Origin: an uncultured virus (IMG/VR IMGVR_UViG_3300029288_005821)
Lineage: Duplodnaviria > Heunggongvirae > Uroviricota > Caudoviricetes
Length of the DNA: 64,000 nt
Reading direction: 5' to 3' (one strand)
Virus record (IMG/VR): IMGVR_UViG_3300029288_005821
This document shows, one piece after another, positions 48,092 to 57,391 of this stretch. Every line of letters starts with the position of its first letter. Position 1 is the first letter of the stretch. The notes beneath the pieces were generated by a model, which was given only the letters and a program-made list of their open reading frames with translations, made no database searches and was not told the DNA's origin. The translations under genes were made by a program, and so were the position numbers.

Positions 48092-49204
48092 ATGGTCGTA
48101 GAATCTGAAATTGGTTGGGGATCATATAAGAATTTCGAAGGACCATGGTATAAGGGAAAATTCGCTTACGTACTTCCCGGAAGCCCATCTGATGACGAAA
48201 AAGTCATGGCCGTAATTACAGCTACTGAAGGTGGAAAATTCGATGCCTTCAATGGTTATGATAGCTGTGGTTGGACATCAGGTGTCATCCAATGGATTGA
48301 AAAAGGTCAGTATTCCATCTCGGATATGTTAGGTGCAACAGCTGATAAAGGGCAATCACTCATAAACAGTGTGATTGCAATGGCTGCAGCTAACGGAGTT
48401 TCGTTCAAGAAGAATGTAAAAGGTCGATATCGTTTCTTCTTCTCAGATGCTCGAGGCGAGATCGATACATATGATGAACAGAAACAACTTTTCTATATTC
48501 ATGGAGATGGAACAAAAGGGACCTGGGACGACAATACGAAAGCTTACGGTCGTCGTTGGGCAGCTGCAATTTCTTCAGTATGGGAAAATCCGATAGCTCA
48601 AAACGTTCAAACAATATACACAGCATCCCGTCTCAACGGTTTCATGCTTCCTTATGCGAAAAATCTTTTCGCTACAATGCCTAAGACAAATTTGGCAGCA
48701 GGCCTTCGTGCAGCTTATTTATCATTTGCTGCAAATAACCCAACTTGGGCAAACAATGCGCTAAAAATTGGAGTAGATAAATCAAAAGCCACAACCTGGA
48801 GCCTAGACTGGGTAATTGATATCTTAAAATCACTCACTTTCACTCCACAAGTTGCAATTTATCCTCATCGCTATGATTGTATTCGCCCTGTTCTTGAAAA
48901 GCTTTACGGATTACAGTTACCGGATTTCGCTAAAGAGCTCCAAAACTGGTCAGTACAAACAGGAATTCCAGTCGGAATTGATACGAGAACGTTACAACGT
49001 TCCTTGATTGCTCTTGGTTATGACCTCGGTCCAGCTGCAGATGACGGCGTATACGGAGAAAAAACTAAAGATGCCGTCATGTCACTTGAACAAACAAGTG
49101 GGACAGTTCCAAAGGAAAATCAAGACGGAATGGTTGACGTCTATACATTCCCAGCCCTGATGGCTGCAATGGAAGCTAAAGGTCTCCCATTAATGTCAAT
49201 GTAG
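48092..49204 (+). CDS. Putative endolysin with C-terminal peptidoglycan-binding domain
   Basis: TEGG..DAFN.YD...SG.IQW; LQRSLIALGYDLG..DDGVYGEKT. Confidence 0.75.
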   Translation: MVVESEIGWGSYKNFEGPWYKGKFAYVLPGSPSDDEKVMAVITATEGGKFDAFNGYDSCGWTSGVIQWIEKGQYSISDMLGATADKGQSLINSVIAMAAANGVSFKKNVKGRYRFFFSDARGEIDTYDEQKQLFYIHGDGTKGTWDDNTKAYGRRWAAAISSVWENPIAQNVQTIYTASRLNGFMLPYAKNLFATMPKTNLAAGLRAAYLSFAANNPTWANNALKIGVDKSKATTWSLDWVIDILKSLTFTPQVAIYPHRYDCIRPVLEKLYGLQLPDFAKELQNWSVQTGIPVGIDTRTLQRSLIALGYDLGPAADDGVYGEKTKDAVMSLEQTSGTVPKENQDGMVDVYTFPALMAAMEAKGLPLMSM

Positions 49205-49216
49205 TATGATCCTATT

Positions 49217-49411
49217 ATGGGTCAGCATCCCTCAAAAGAGTTACTAGATTCAATAGATCTACAAGAATTATCTGAAGAAGATTTACTTGATCATCTCGAT
49301 CGGGTTTCATCCGAGGTGAAGAGGCGAAATAACTTATATCCAAAAACTCAAGAAGGAGCAGCAACAGAAATTTTGAGTATATTACAAACTGCGTTTAATA
49401 TACCGAAATGA
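49217..49411 (+). CDS. Hypothetical protein, 64 aa
   Basis: Co-oriented short ORF. Confidence 0.5.
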   Translation: MGQHPSKELLDSIDLQELSEEDLLDHLDRVSSEVKRRNNLYPKTQEGAATEILSILQTAFNIPK

Positions 49412-49469
49412 TATTTCAATAAAAGATCATTTAAGATTAAGAGGAAACCTTATTGAACCGTATTTATAA

Positions 49470-49692
49470 GATGAGAAGTGTACTATGGGAACCTGAGATT
49501 GGCAAGTGCAGCGAATGCGGTTGCACTAGTCTTGTTCGCAAGTACTCATTCGAGGGGAAACTAAGAACCTTTTGTTTCCCCTGTTGGGATCTTGCACAAG
49601 AACCAAGAGTGATGTCTAGCCTCGATTGGAACGACGACGATCAAGTCGTATTTGTTTTCCCGGCTGAAGAAGCTCCATCGAGAGCAGCTTAA
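49470..49692 (+). CDS. Small Zn-finger protein (likely start at MRSVLW)
   Basis: CSEC...CFPC. Confidence 0.55.
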
Positions 49693-49707
49693 CTGTATTC
49701 TTCCTGA

Positions 49708-49980
49708 GTGAATCAGGAAAAGAGGGATCGAATGCTCGCAGGAGCATTGATGATCCAATCAGCTTTATCGGTTCTTCATGCTGGCGGGGCTATTACTGAA
49801 GAAGCTTATCTTTCCTTAGAAAGAGGATTATTATTAATGGGGGTTGATAAGAATCACGAAGTATGTGAATTGATTAAAAAACGTGTTCACCATAGTATCA
49901 TAAATAACGCGACACACAGATTAGTACCGAAAATCTTATATGAAGAATTTGCAACAGTTGAGTATGTAATGGAGAGTTGA
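49708..49980 (+). CDS. Hypothetical protein ending VEYVMES (shared C-terminal motif)
   Basis: TGTATTCT 6 nt before GTG. Confidence 0.6.
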   Translation: MNQEKRDRMLAGALMIQSALSVLHAGGAITEEAYLSLERGLLLMGVDKNHEVCELIKKRVHHSIINNATHRLVPKILYEEFATVEYVMES

Positions 49981-50681
49981 TGGAGCCAAGAAAGAATCTC
50001 ACAGAAAAAGAATTGGGTGACGACAGACCAAGAACATCAGATCGTCCCGATACTTATTTTCGAAAAGCATTAGCGTTCACGCTCAAATATTATTCTAAGG
50101 AAATGGAGCATATTTCCTCGACAAAATTTGAGGAACTAACTCCGGAAAAATTTTTTCTTGAATGTATGTGGGTGATCCATGCTACGGGTTTCAATGCTCA
50201 AGTTGTTGGGCAAATGATGCCGAAACTTGTCACTGCTTATGGACAATGGAATATTCTCGGGCATGAAAATATAGAAAATGTCCTAGAGAGGGTCTGTAAG
50301 ATCTGCAATAATCCAGCGAAAATTGAATCTGTTCGTTCAATTGCTGGAATAATGGTTGGTACTAATAACTGGGAGAATTTTAAACAAGACAGGCTATCCT
50401 CCCCAGATAAACTAAAAGAACTTCCCTATATAGGAAAGGTCACTTGTTTTCATCTCGCAAGAAATATAGGTCTTCTCGATTCCGTGAAACCGGATCTTCA
50501 TTTAGTCCGATTAGCGAAATATTGGGGTTATCGAGATTGTATTGAACTCTGTAAATATTTTCAAGAGAGTCATGAAAAGAAGACCGGAACAAGGTACCCA
50601 TTAGGGATTATAGACCTTATTCTCTGGTATGCAGCTTCTTCTACCGGGACCCTCGATATACGAAAATCTGGTGAAAGATAA
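49977..50681 (+). CDS. HhH-type DNA glycosylase-like protein
   Basis: HhH LKELPYIGKVT followed by KPDLHLVR. Confidence 0.7.
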   Translation: MMEPRKNLTEKELGDDRPRTSDRPDTYFRKALAFTLKYYSKEMEHISSTKFEELTPEKFFLECMWVIHATGFNAQVVGQMMPKLVTAYGQWNILGHENIENVLERVCKICNNPAKIESVRSIAGIMVGTNNWENFKQDRLSSPDKLKELPYIGKVTCFHLARNIGLLDSVKPDLHLVRLAKYWGYRDCIELCKYFQESHEKKTGTRYPLGIIDLILWYAASSTGTLDIRKSGER

Positions 50682-50691
50682 TACTAAACAG

Positions 50692-50728
50692 CGTGGCGAT
50701 GAAAGCGAGGTCCGACTTCATCGCCACG
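50692..50728. terminator. Hairpin between convergent genes
   Basis: 12-bp IR CGTGGCGATGAA/TTCATCGCCACG. Confidence 0.65.
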
Positions 50729-50760
50729 ATGCTTATCCAGAATTTCAAAAATTCTAGAGA

Positions 50761-51036
50761 TTACTCGTTGACGCGATTCGGACGAGTACCCTTGGCCTTG
50801 GTGAGATACTCCATGGCCTTATCGAATTGCTGATCATTGTCGCCGTCGATAGCTTCCGTGAGCATTTCGAGGCCGCGTCGTAGCATCGCTTTACCGGGGC
50901 CGGAACGTGGGAGAGCTTGCTGAGTTTGCTGATCCTGATTCTGCTGAGCTTGCTGATCCTGGGCCTGATCTTGGTCCTGGTCCTGCGCAATGAAACGAGC
51001 CGCAACCCTACGAGCGATTTCTTGATGTGTCGTCAT
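50761..51036 (-). CDS. Small Q/D-rich protein, probably virion-internal
   Basis: IARRVAARF N-terminus, QDQDQ repeats, GC-richer codon usage. Confidence 0.65.
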   Translation of the reverse strand: MTTHQEIARRVAARFIAQDQDQDQAQDQQAQQNQDQQTQQALPRSGPGKAMLRRGLEMLTEAIDGDNDQQFDKAMEYLTKAKGTRPNRVNE

Positions 51037-51117
51037 ATTGATTCCGATGACCTCAAATTAGGTAACTGCGGATTTCATCCGCTGACGATTAAGATCGGTA
51101 TCAAAGGCCCAAACGTT

Positions 51118-51561
51118 TTAAGCTGACCCTCCGGGGGAGGAAAAAACAAAAGCACGTCCAGCGGCGAGGGCGAGGGATGATTGCTCAGCCTCTGGGAGGG
51201 CAGGAAGGATTATTCCTCGAGCCATTAGCTCAGCAGCTAACATCACCACTCTTCGATAATCACCCATCAAGGACTTCGCTAAAGCTAAAGACAGGTCCTC
51301 ATCAGTAGAATCGATTATAGTCTTCCAAATTGGATCCCATTCAGCTAAGACGGATTCTTTTGTTTGTCCAGGGATAACTGCTGCAGCAGCAATGAATTCA
51401 ACCCCTTGAGTATGAAGACGGATATAGAGAACATCATCTCCAATCCCTGTTAAGGGACCGAACCCAACAGTCATCTCTTCTTGGTCAAAACCGAAACGAC
51501 GAAGAGTCTCACAAACTGACCATCCATCGAGAATATATTGGGCGAGAAAAAGAACCGACAT
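51118..51561 (-). CDS. Hypothetical protein, 147 aa
   Basis: AGTACTAT 5 nt before ATG. Confidence 0.6.
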   Translation of the reverse strand: MSVLFLAQYILDGWSVCETLRRFGFDQEEMTVGFGPLTGIGDDVLYIRLHTQGVEFIAAAAVIPGQTKESVLAEWDPIWKTIIDSTDEDLSLALAKSLMGDYRRVVMLAAELMARGIILPALPEAEQSSLALAAGRAFVFSSPGGSA

Positions 51562-51579
51562 ACCAAATAGTACTGATGA

Positions 51580-51879
51580 TCAAGAACTAAAAATTTCAGA
51601 AACTAAGTTCTGATTTTTTATCTGATCACAAGACCTTGGGAATTTTCGACTAAATATGGTATATACCTCAGCATCTCTTATTGTGGAAAGGGTGCAAATT
51701 GATGAACCGCAAGAAGAACAAAGAGCTACTTTAACTCGTCTTCGTAGTCTTTTCGAAGGATTAAATAATTCGTCTTGTTTCGACGGCATCTCTTTATCGA
51801 ATGCCGAATTTATTTCTAAGGCTTGTTCAAATGATAAAACGATAATGTTTACTTTATGGTCCACGATCTCATTATACAC
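51580..51879 (-). CDS. Cys-containing protein ending VSEIFSS (shared motif variant)
   Basis: CSSC; terminal motif. Confidence 0.55.
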   Translation of the reverse strand: MYNEIVDHKVNIIVLSFEQALEINSAFDKEMPSKQDELFNPSKRLRRRVKVALCSSCGSSICTLSTIRDAEVYTIFSRKFPRSCDQIKNQNLVSEIFSS

Positions 51880-51899
51880 AAATGAATAAATTATTTACA

Positions 51900-52143
51900 T
51901 AAGCAGATGGGCCACGGTTGCAATCCGTGACCCATGTCCGAGACCATTCCTGTGAAGAGAACTTGGAACTTGTTTATGGTTTAGTTCGTAATCTTTGGAT
52001 GACCCTGCAGCCGGATTCGGATCTAGGTCAACTTCCCGAGAGAGACCCGCTAAGGTAACAATCTCATCTTCCCTAGAACCGATGACCCTCTCTCGCTAAA
52101 GAGAACCTTGGGAAGAAGGTTCCTTTTTGGTTGAGTGAATCTA
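51900..52143 (-). ncRNA. Candidate structured ncRNA, about 240 nt
   Basis: No credible ORF; TGTAGGAT box at 52156-52149; four stems; terminal hairpin with G-U pair on the minus strand. Confidence 0.5.
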
Positions 52144-52174
52144 AATTGATCCTACATCTACGACAGCACTGCGA

Positions 52175-52399
52175 TCATGATTCAAGAACAGAAAGCACAA
52201 CGTATTTAGTGAATGTTACTTCTTCCCATCCGTTGAATTCTTTCCTCATATGATGGATTAGCGGCTTCGGGTGTAAGAAACACCCAGAATAATATAGCTT
52301 ATGAGTCTCGTTATACCAGAATCTGGAACTATTGTTTTTACATCCGTTTTCAAAAGAACACGGAAAACGAAGTCCAGATAATCTCATCGAACGAAACAC
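52175..52399 (-). CDS. Small Cys/His protein ending VLSVLES (shared motif)
   Basis: TGTAATCT 6 nt before GTG. Confidence 0.55.
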   Translation of the reverse strand: MFRSMRLSGLRFPCSFENGCKNNSSRFWYNETHKLYYSGCFLHPKPLIHHMRKEFNGWEEVTFTKYVVLSVLES

Positions 52400-52429
52400 T
52401 AAATGAGATTACATGAAACTAATGCTTAT

Positions 52430-53161
52430 TTACGTCGGAAGACAGAGATCAGCTGGCTCAGAAAATTCAATAAGAGCTATATTTAACCAACCAATAACAG
52501 CGCGTCCTTCACCAGTAGGTGTTATATCACCATCCGGAGTCTTATTGATTCCGTAGACTCTCCCGGTCTTTTGATTAAAGACACGGGAACAAGGAGCGAT
52601 ATGTTGAGTCGTGTTCCCTCCCTGACCACCATCGACACTATCCCATATTTCAAGGCCACCATAAGGGTTTGTATCAGAACCCTTAAACATGAAAACATGC
52701 TCTGTATTCGGAGTGTTATTTGAGACATAGATAATGTCTCCATGATTTGGACGCTTGTCTTTCTGTTTACTGAGTAGATATTCAGTGAAAAGACCTTGTT
52801 TTCGTCCTCGATTGAAAATATAATTAATATTCTGTCCCGTTACCCATGACTGAGTTTTCTTCCCGTCTGCATCGAAGATATCTCGATTTAGACAAGGGCC
52901 GCGATAGCCAGCGCGATGTAACAGAAACATAACGAATTCGCCACAAGTCGAGAAAAGAAAGTTCTGCTTAGCAGGACCCTCGGCACGACCTTGACAAATT
53001 TCATGGAATAATTTATCACCAATCTTGGCGTTCTTGTAAAGATCAGCCAAAGCTAGAAAGTAATCACGTTGCGTATCTTCGTCATATTCAGAAAGTATGA
53101 TGCTCGAAGTTCCAAGCGTGTTTATATCGATTCGTTTATCACCTGTTAGACCATTGGGCAT
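52430..53161 (-). CDS. Putative cysteine amidase/peptidase (NlpC/P60 or CHAP-like)
   Basis: STCGEF (Cys), GDIIY, EHVFMF (His), DGGQG. Confidence 0.5.
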   Translation of the reverse strand: MPNGLTGDKRIDINTLGTSSIILSEYDEDTQRDYFLALADLYKNAKIGDKLFHEICQGRAEGPAKQNFLFSTCGEFVMFLLHRAGYRGPCLNRDIFDADGKKTQSWVTGQNINYIFNRGRKQGLFTEYLLSKQKDKRPNHGDIIYVSNNTPNTEHVFMFKGSDTNPYGGLEIWDSVDGGQGGNTTQHIAPCSRVFNQKTGRVYGINKTPDGDITPTGEGRAVIGWLNIALIEFSEPADLCLPT

Positions 53162-53189
53162 AATATTAACCCTACTGGTCCATATGAAA

Positions 53190-53480
53190 TTAAGAAGTCA
53201 TGACTTTATGAGTCGTATCAATGTCGCGTTGCTTAGCACATGAAGGAAGTTTCAAAAATCCTTCCCTAGCTTCTTTTAAAGCTGCATCTATACCTATATT
53301 CCTATTTCTTCTCCAGTTTTTATCCACATTTTCATACTTAGCTTCATATTTACAGCTACAATTTTCACAAGATATCGTAGCTCGAGTAAAATTCCCAATA
53401 GTATAAGTGCTGATTTTTACAGAATGTCCGTCACCAAAAAGGGTTCTTCTTTTTCTTCGTAGCTGTCGACTAAATGACAT
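53190..53480 (-). CDS. Cys-containing protein ending THKVMTS (shared motif)
   Basis: CENC; terminal motif. Confidence 0.55.
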   Translation of the reverse strand: MSFSRQLRRKRRTLFGDGHSVKISTYTIGNFTRATISCENCSCKYEAKYENVDKNWRRNRNIGIDAALKEAREGFLKLPSCAKQRDIDTTHKVMTS

Positions 53481-53491
53481 ATTGTCTCTTA

Positions 53492-53719
53492 TTATACTTC
53501 ATCAACTGGTTCAGTAATGGGTCCAGCGAATTCAAGAAAACAACTATCACCAACCCAATAATTATCACCATCCCAAGATATTTTATCCGGACGTTCTAAA
53601 TTGGCTTGTGATTTATAAACATGCACAACTGTTTGATAAATTTTTCCGCTCAAATCACCTTGTGCTTTAACAAAATAAAATCCTGGAGTTTGTGGACGTT
53701 CTTTTGAGTATTTTAACAT
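53492..53719 (-). CDS. Hypothetical protein, 75 aa
   Basis: ERPQTPGFY.V...FAGPI.EP pattern. Confidence 0.6.
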   Translation of the reverse strand: MLKYSKERPQTPGFYFVKAQGDLSGKIYQTVVHVYKSQANLERPDKISWDGDNYWVGDSCFLEFAGPITEPVDEV

Positions 53720-53721
53720 AA

Positions 53722-53892
53722 TTATTTCTTTTCTCGAATTCGAGCTATTTCACCTTTCCCACCTACAGTTTTATGTTTAATAGTAACTGTTCCGATAGGT
53801 CCAGGAGGCTGGATTTCTTCACAGAAAGGTGACTCAGCCCATGGATACTCATCGACTACACTTTTCTCATCATTCTGTTTTTCTTTATTCAT
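53722..53892 (-). CDS. Small hypothetical protein, 56 aa (below track cut-off)
   Basis: Manual translation MNKEKQNDEK...IREKK; stop abuts the next start. Confidence 0.45.
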   Translation of the reverse strand: MNKEKQNDEKSVVDEYPWAESPFCEEIQPPGPIGTVTIKHKTVGGKGEIARIREKK

Positions 53893-54062
53893 ATTTCATT
53901 GAAATTGTCGATTTAAATGATTCTAGATCGGGGGTGAATTGGGGAAGGGCCTATTTCTCTACTCCCCTAGCTGTTGGCTCACTATTCTTGTCAAACCGGT
54001 ACGTTGATCAAACGACGGCTGCCCTCTAGATAAAATCTAAATCGACAATTTCAATGAAATAT
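53891..54062. repeat. Perfect 25-bp inverted repeat enclosing a 122-nt structured core
   Basis: ATATTTCATTGAAATTGTCGATTTA (53891-53915) and its exact reverse complement (54038-54062). Confidence 0.9.
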
Positions 54063-54430
54063 TACACATCAGGATCTTTCATTCCAGCTTCTTTCTTTCC
54101 AAGTTCATAGAATAATCGAAGAATTTTACGTACTTCAGGTTCCGCAGCGCCGGTCTCCATCCATTTTTCAAAAACTTGAGGACATCCAATAGTACAAAGT
54201 ATATGATCTGTATAAATATGAAGAGCTCGAGGAAGTTCACTATGAAGAGCTTCAATTGCCCGACGTTTGTTGTTGACTGCTTCTTGAACATGTTGAATAG
54301 TTCGAACTGCAGCAACATCTCCATTCTCACGATTTTTTAAAGCAAATTCCCAATCATCAACAGCAGTTTCGGCTGCTTTAATGATTGCTTGATCAAATTC
54401 ATTTAATTCACTTTGAGTTTTCTCGCTCAT
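54062..54430 (-). CDS. Hypothetical protein, 122 aa
   Basis: Co-oriented ORF. Confidence 0.55.
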   Translation of the reverse strand: MSEKTQSELNEFDQAIIKAAETAVDDWEFALKNRENGDVAAVRTIQHVQEAVNNKRRAIEALHSELPRALHIYTDHILCTIGCPQVFEKWMETGAAEPEVRKILRLFYELGKKEAGMKDPDV

Positions 54431-54836
54431 TTTCTTCCTTAGATAACTTATACTTTCTCAATACTTCTTCACCTAAACGAGTGAGTTTATATCCATGACC
54501 AGAATTTATGCAAAGACCTTTTTCTTTAAGATGTTCATATACATTTGAATAGAGCCAACCAAGTGGAGAAAATTCTCCATTTAAAAGAACTTCTAAATGG
54601 TTGATATCATCTTTAGTGATTTCGGAATTTTTTAGATCCCGATCTCTTCGCTCATTAACTTCAATCACAGCTTTGACGACATCAAGGGGAGCAACTCCAG
54701 TTGGAATTCTTACACTCCCATCTTCTGTGACTTCAACATAACAATCAACATCAAGAGTGAATAAACACGCTGATGGACGACCATCCTTATAGCGCCATTC
54801 AAATCCATGATTTAATGGAGGGAATTCATCTTTCAT
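54408..54836 (-). CDS. Hypothetical protein with C-terminal winged-helix-like segment
   Basis: LKEKGL......YKLTRLG. Confidence 0.55.
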   Translation of the reverse strand: MKDEFPPLNHGFEWRYKDGRPSACLFTLDVDCYVEVTEDGSVRIPTGVAPLDVVKAVIEVNERRDRDLKNSEITKDDINHLEVLLNGEFSPLGWLYSNVYEHLKEKGLCINSGHGYKLTRLGEEVLRKYKLSKEENERENSK

Positions 54837-54887
54837 GATACACCGAGTTCCCCTTGAATCGGCACTCGATAAGAAAATATCGCATCT

Positions 54888-55892
54888 CTAGAAATTACAT
54901 CTAAATCTAGTTAGATAACCATCTGGATTATCTCTAAACCAACGCCAAGCACTTTCAACGATTCCGTTAAGATCAATTTTTGCTTCCCATCCAATTTCCC
55001 TTTTCGCTTTACTCGAATCAGAAAATAATGCGGCAACATCACCAATACGCCGTTCTTTTACTTTAACATCGATACCTATTTTAGTTATTTTTTCTACTGC
55101 ATTGACTATTTCGTAAACACTATATCCACATCCATTACCTAGATTATAGAAACGTGTGTCTCCAGGTTTAAGGATTTCCATGACCATTATGTGAGCACGC
55201 ACTAAGTCTTCGACATGGATATAATCACGAACACAAGTTCCATCTAAAGTGTCGTAATCACCTCCAAATACATCAAGTCTCTTTAGTCTTTCAAGTGAAA
55301 TTTGTAAAACTAAAGGAATTAAATGAGTCTCTGGACGATGATCTTCGCCCAGGGTACCATCGAGAGCACAACCCGCTACATTAAAATATCGAAGGATGGA
55401 AAAACTAAAATCAGGATCTACCGCTGCAATATCAAATAAAATTCTTTCTATAAAATATTTTGAACGACCATAAGGGCTAATCGGATTTTGTGGAGTTTCT
55501 TCGTTCACCGGAACGACTAAAGGATTCCCATAAGTAGCACAAGTTGAACTAAATATTAATTTCTTTACTCCCACTTGTTGCATGGCGGTAAGCAAACTTA
55601 TTGTTCCAACAGTGTTATTGTCGTAATAAATCAGCGGTTTTTTTACTGATTCCCCAACATATGCAAAAGCCGCAAAATGCATCACGCAATCAATTTTTTC
55701 GTTTTCCAGTATTGAAATAACTAAAGAAGTGTCTTTAATATCGCCATAGTAGAAAGGGACTCCCCTAGGAATACTCTTTTGGTTACCACGACTCAAATCA
55801 TCAATAACGATAACATGATGACCGGTTTCAAGAAGTAGTTTTACTGCATGACTACCAATATAACCAGCACCACCAGTAACAAGAACATTCAT
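54888..55892 (-). CDS. galE: UDP-glucose 4-epimerase
   Basis: TGGAGYIGSH, HFAA, SSTCATYG, YGRSK, RYFNVAG, RDYIHV. Confidence 0.95.
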   Translation of the reverse strand: MNVLVTGGAGYIGSHAVKLLLETGHHVIVIDDLSRGNQKSIPRGVPFYYGDIKDTSLVISILENEKIDCVMHFAAFAYVGESVKKPLIYYDNNTVGTISLLTAMQQVGVKKLIFSSTCATYGNPLVVPVNEETPQNPISPYGRSKYFIERILFDIAAVDPDFSFSILRYFNVAGCALDGTLGEDHRPETHLIPLVLQISLERLKRLDVFGGDYDTLDGTCVRDYIHVEDLVRAHIMVMEILKPGDTRFYNLGNGCGYSVYEIVNAVEKITKIGIDVKVKERRIGDVAALFSDSSKAKREIGWEAKIDLNGIVESAWRWFRDNPDGYLTRFRCNF

Positions 55893-56365
55893 GATGATAC
55901 AACCTCATTGATGGCAAGTAAATTTTCCATTCGTCTAATATCAGCATTCGGAAAAAACTCACATAAGTCAACTTGATCAGGAATATTCAATACGAGTGAT
56001 ACTTCCCCTTCATATTCACCGGGAACATAACACATTGACATTTCAATGACATCCTGATTGTTTAAAGTGTTGGATGAAAAAGAAATGGTTGTTACAGCTA
56101 TAATGATATAACCGGAATAACCTGAAGTATACGCCAATTTCGCTGCCGCACGTTTAATACTCTCAATAATTACTACATTAGAATTAGTCATCTCAAATAA
56201 TGGGAGGGTTATTTGGGAATTGCCTTTCGTAGGTAAAAAAGAAAGAGTGTTGATGAAATCGAATTTATCTATATAATGAATAGGGATATCACCATCATAT
56301 TCATAACGTGGGATTGCTCCTTGCGATAATAACTCAGCGATAATTGGAATGAAACATTTTTTCAT
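55889..56365 (-). CDS. Hypothetical protein ending INEVVSS; paralogue of 56366-56824
   Basis: Shared TLP, LA.T.GY.GY and YVPG motifs. Confidence 0.6.
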   Translation of the reverse strand: MKKCFIPIIAELLSQGAIPRYEYDGDIPIHYIDKFDFINTLSFLPTKGNSQITLPLFEMTNSNVVIIESIKRAAAKLAYTSGYSGYIIIAVTTISFSSNTLNNQDVIEMSMCYVPGEYEGEVSLVLNIPDQVDLCEFFPNADIRRMENLLAINEVVSS

Positions 56366-56824
56366 TCAAGTTGCCATGATATCAGCAATAACCAAGTTTT
56401 TTCTCATTCGTTCTTCATTCATGCTTGGGTAGTATCTCAATATATTAACTTTTTCCGGGATGTAAGTAATAGATGATAAGTCATCAGTTTTATCACCTGG
56501 AACGTAAAACATACATAGAATAGTTTTTGATCCAGCATCATCTCTTCTTGCATAAGAACGGATGAGAATCTGTGCATACCCCCAATACCCAACAGTATGT
56601 GCTAGAGTCGCTACTCGTTCTTCAATATATAACCGGATATTGTTTGTTGAAATATGAACCATAGGAAGAGTGACCCCGGAGTCAACTCCTTTATATCCAT
56701 AATCTATATCCCCAGAAATACTTAAGTGAGCTATCGGAGTATTAAACTGGGAGAAAATTTTAAACCATGAAGATGAATTATTGGTTTCCACCCATGCTGA
56801 GTCTATTTTTATAAAACAACTCAC
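56366..56824 (-). CDS. Hypothetical protein ending IADIMAT; paralogue of 55889-56365
   Basis: Same shared motifs as the adjacent gene. Confidence 0.6.
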   Translation of the reverse strand: MSCFIKIDSAWVETNNSSSWFKIFSQFNTPIAHLSISGDIDYGYKGVDSGVTLPMVHISTNNIRLYIEERVATLAHTVGYWGYAQILIRSYARRDDAGSKTILCMFYVPGDKTDDLSSITYIPEKVNILRYYPSMNEERMRKNLVIADIMAT

Positions 56825-56832
56825 GAGAGAAT

Positions 56833-57360
56833 TTATTTAGCAGTAGCTTCAACTTGTGCAAATGGAGGAGGTGCTGCACTCGCTGGACGAGGTGATATAC
56901 CAGGAAGAACATCGGTAGGTGCTTCCGGTGCTTCTGACATATCAGCCATTTTTACAGCCGGAGTCTGATTCACATTATTCTTCATTGCATTAAATGGCGG
57001 ATTCTTCACAGTTGGTTTCGAAAAGAATAATGGAGTCAAAGTACTTGATGCACTAGGTGCAGGCGAAACAAGAGTTGCTATTTTTCGAGCTTCACCTTTA
57101 GTATATCCATCAAGATATGAACGAAGTGACTGAATATCATCATGATTACTTTCTGTAGCTTTAGCGATTTCGTTCGTTCTATTAACAAGAATTTCGTAGC
57201 TTGCCTTCGTGACTTTCATATCTTGTGGTTTAAACCAACCAACAAGAGCTGTCACGATAGCAACAACAGCCAAAACAAGTTCTTTAATACTTACAATGTA
57301 AGAAATTATTCTAATGAATTTAGATTTTGGACGATCCTGAGAGACCTCATCATTTGCCAT
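56833..57360 (-). CDS. Membrane protein with Pro-rich tail
   Basis: TM LVLAVVAIVTALVGWF; TGTATTGT box upstream. Confidence 0.6.
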   Translation of the reverse strand: MANDEVSQDRPKSKFIRIISYIVSIKELVLAVVAIVTALVGWFKPQDMKVTKASYEILVNRTNEIAKATESNHDDIQSLRSYLDGYTKGEARKIATLVSPAPSASSTLTPLFFSKPTVKNPPFNAMKNNVNQTPAVKMADMSEAPEAPTDVLPGISPRPASAAPPPFAQVEATAK

Positions 57361-57391
57361 GATTTAGAACAATACATGAATTAAATATAGA

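Noticed and set aside
53829..54029. 66-aa + strand ORF across the inverted repeat
   Set aside because: It is antisense to the local gene block and better explained by the structured element.
53891..54062. Retron msr-msd or IS element
   Set aside because: No reverse transcriptase or transposase in the window and no clear target-site duplication.
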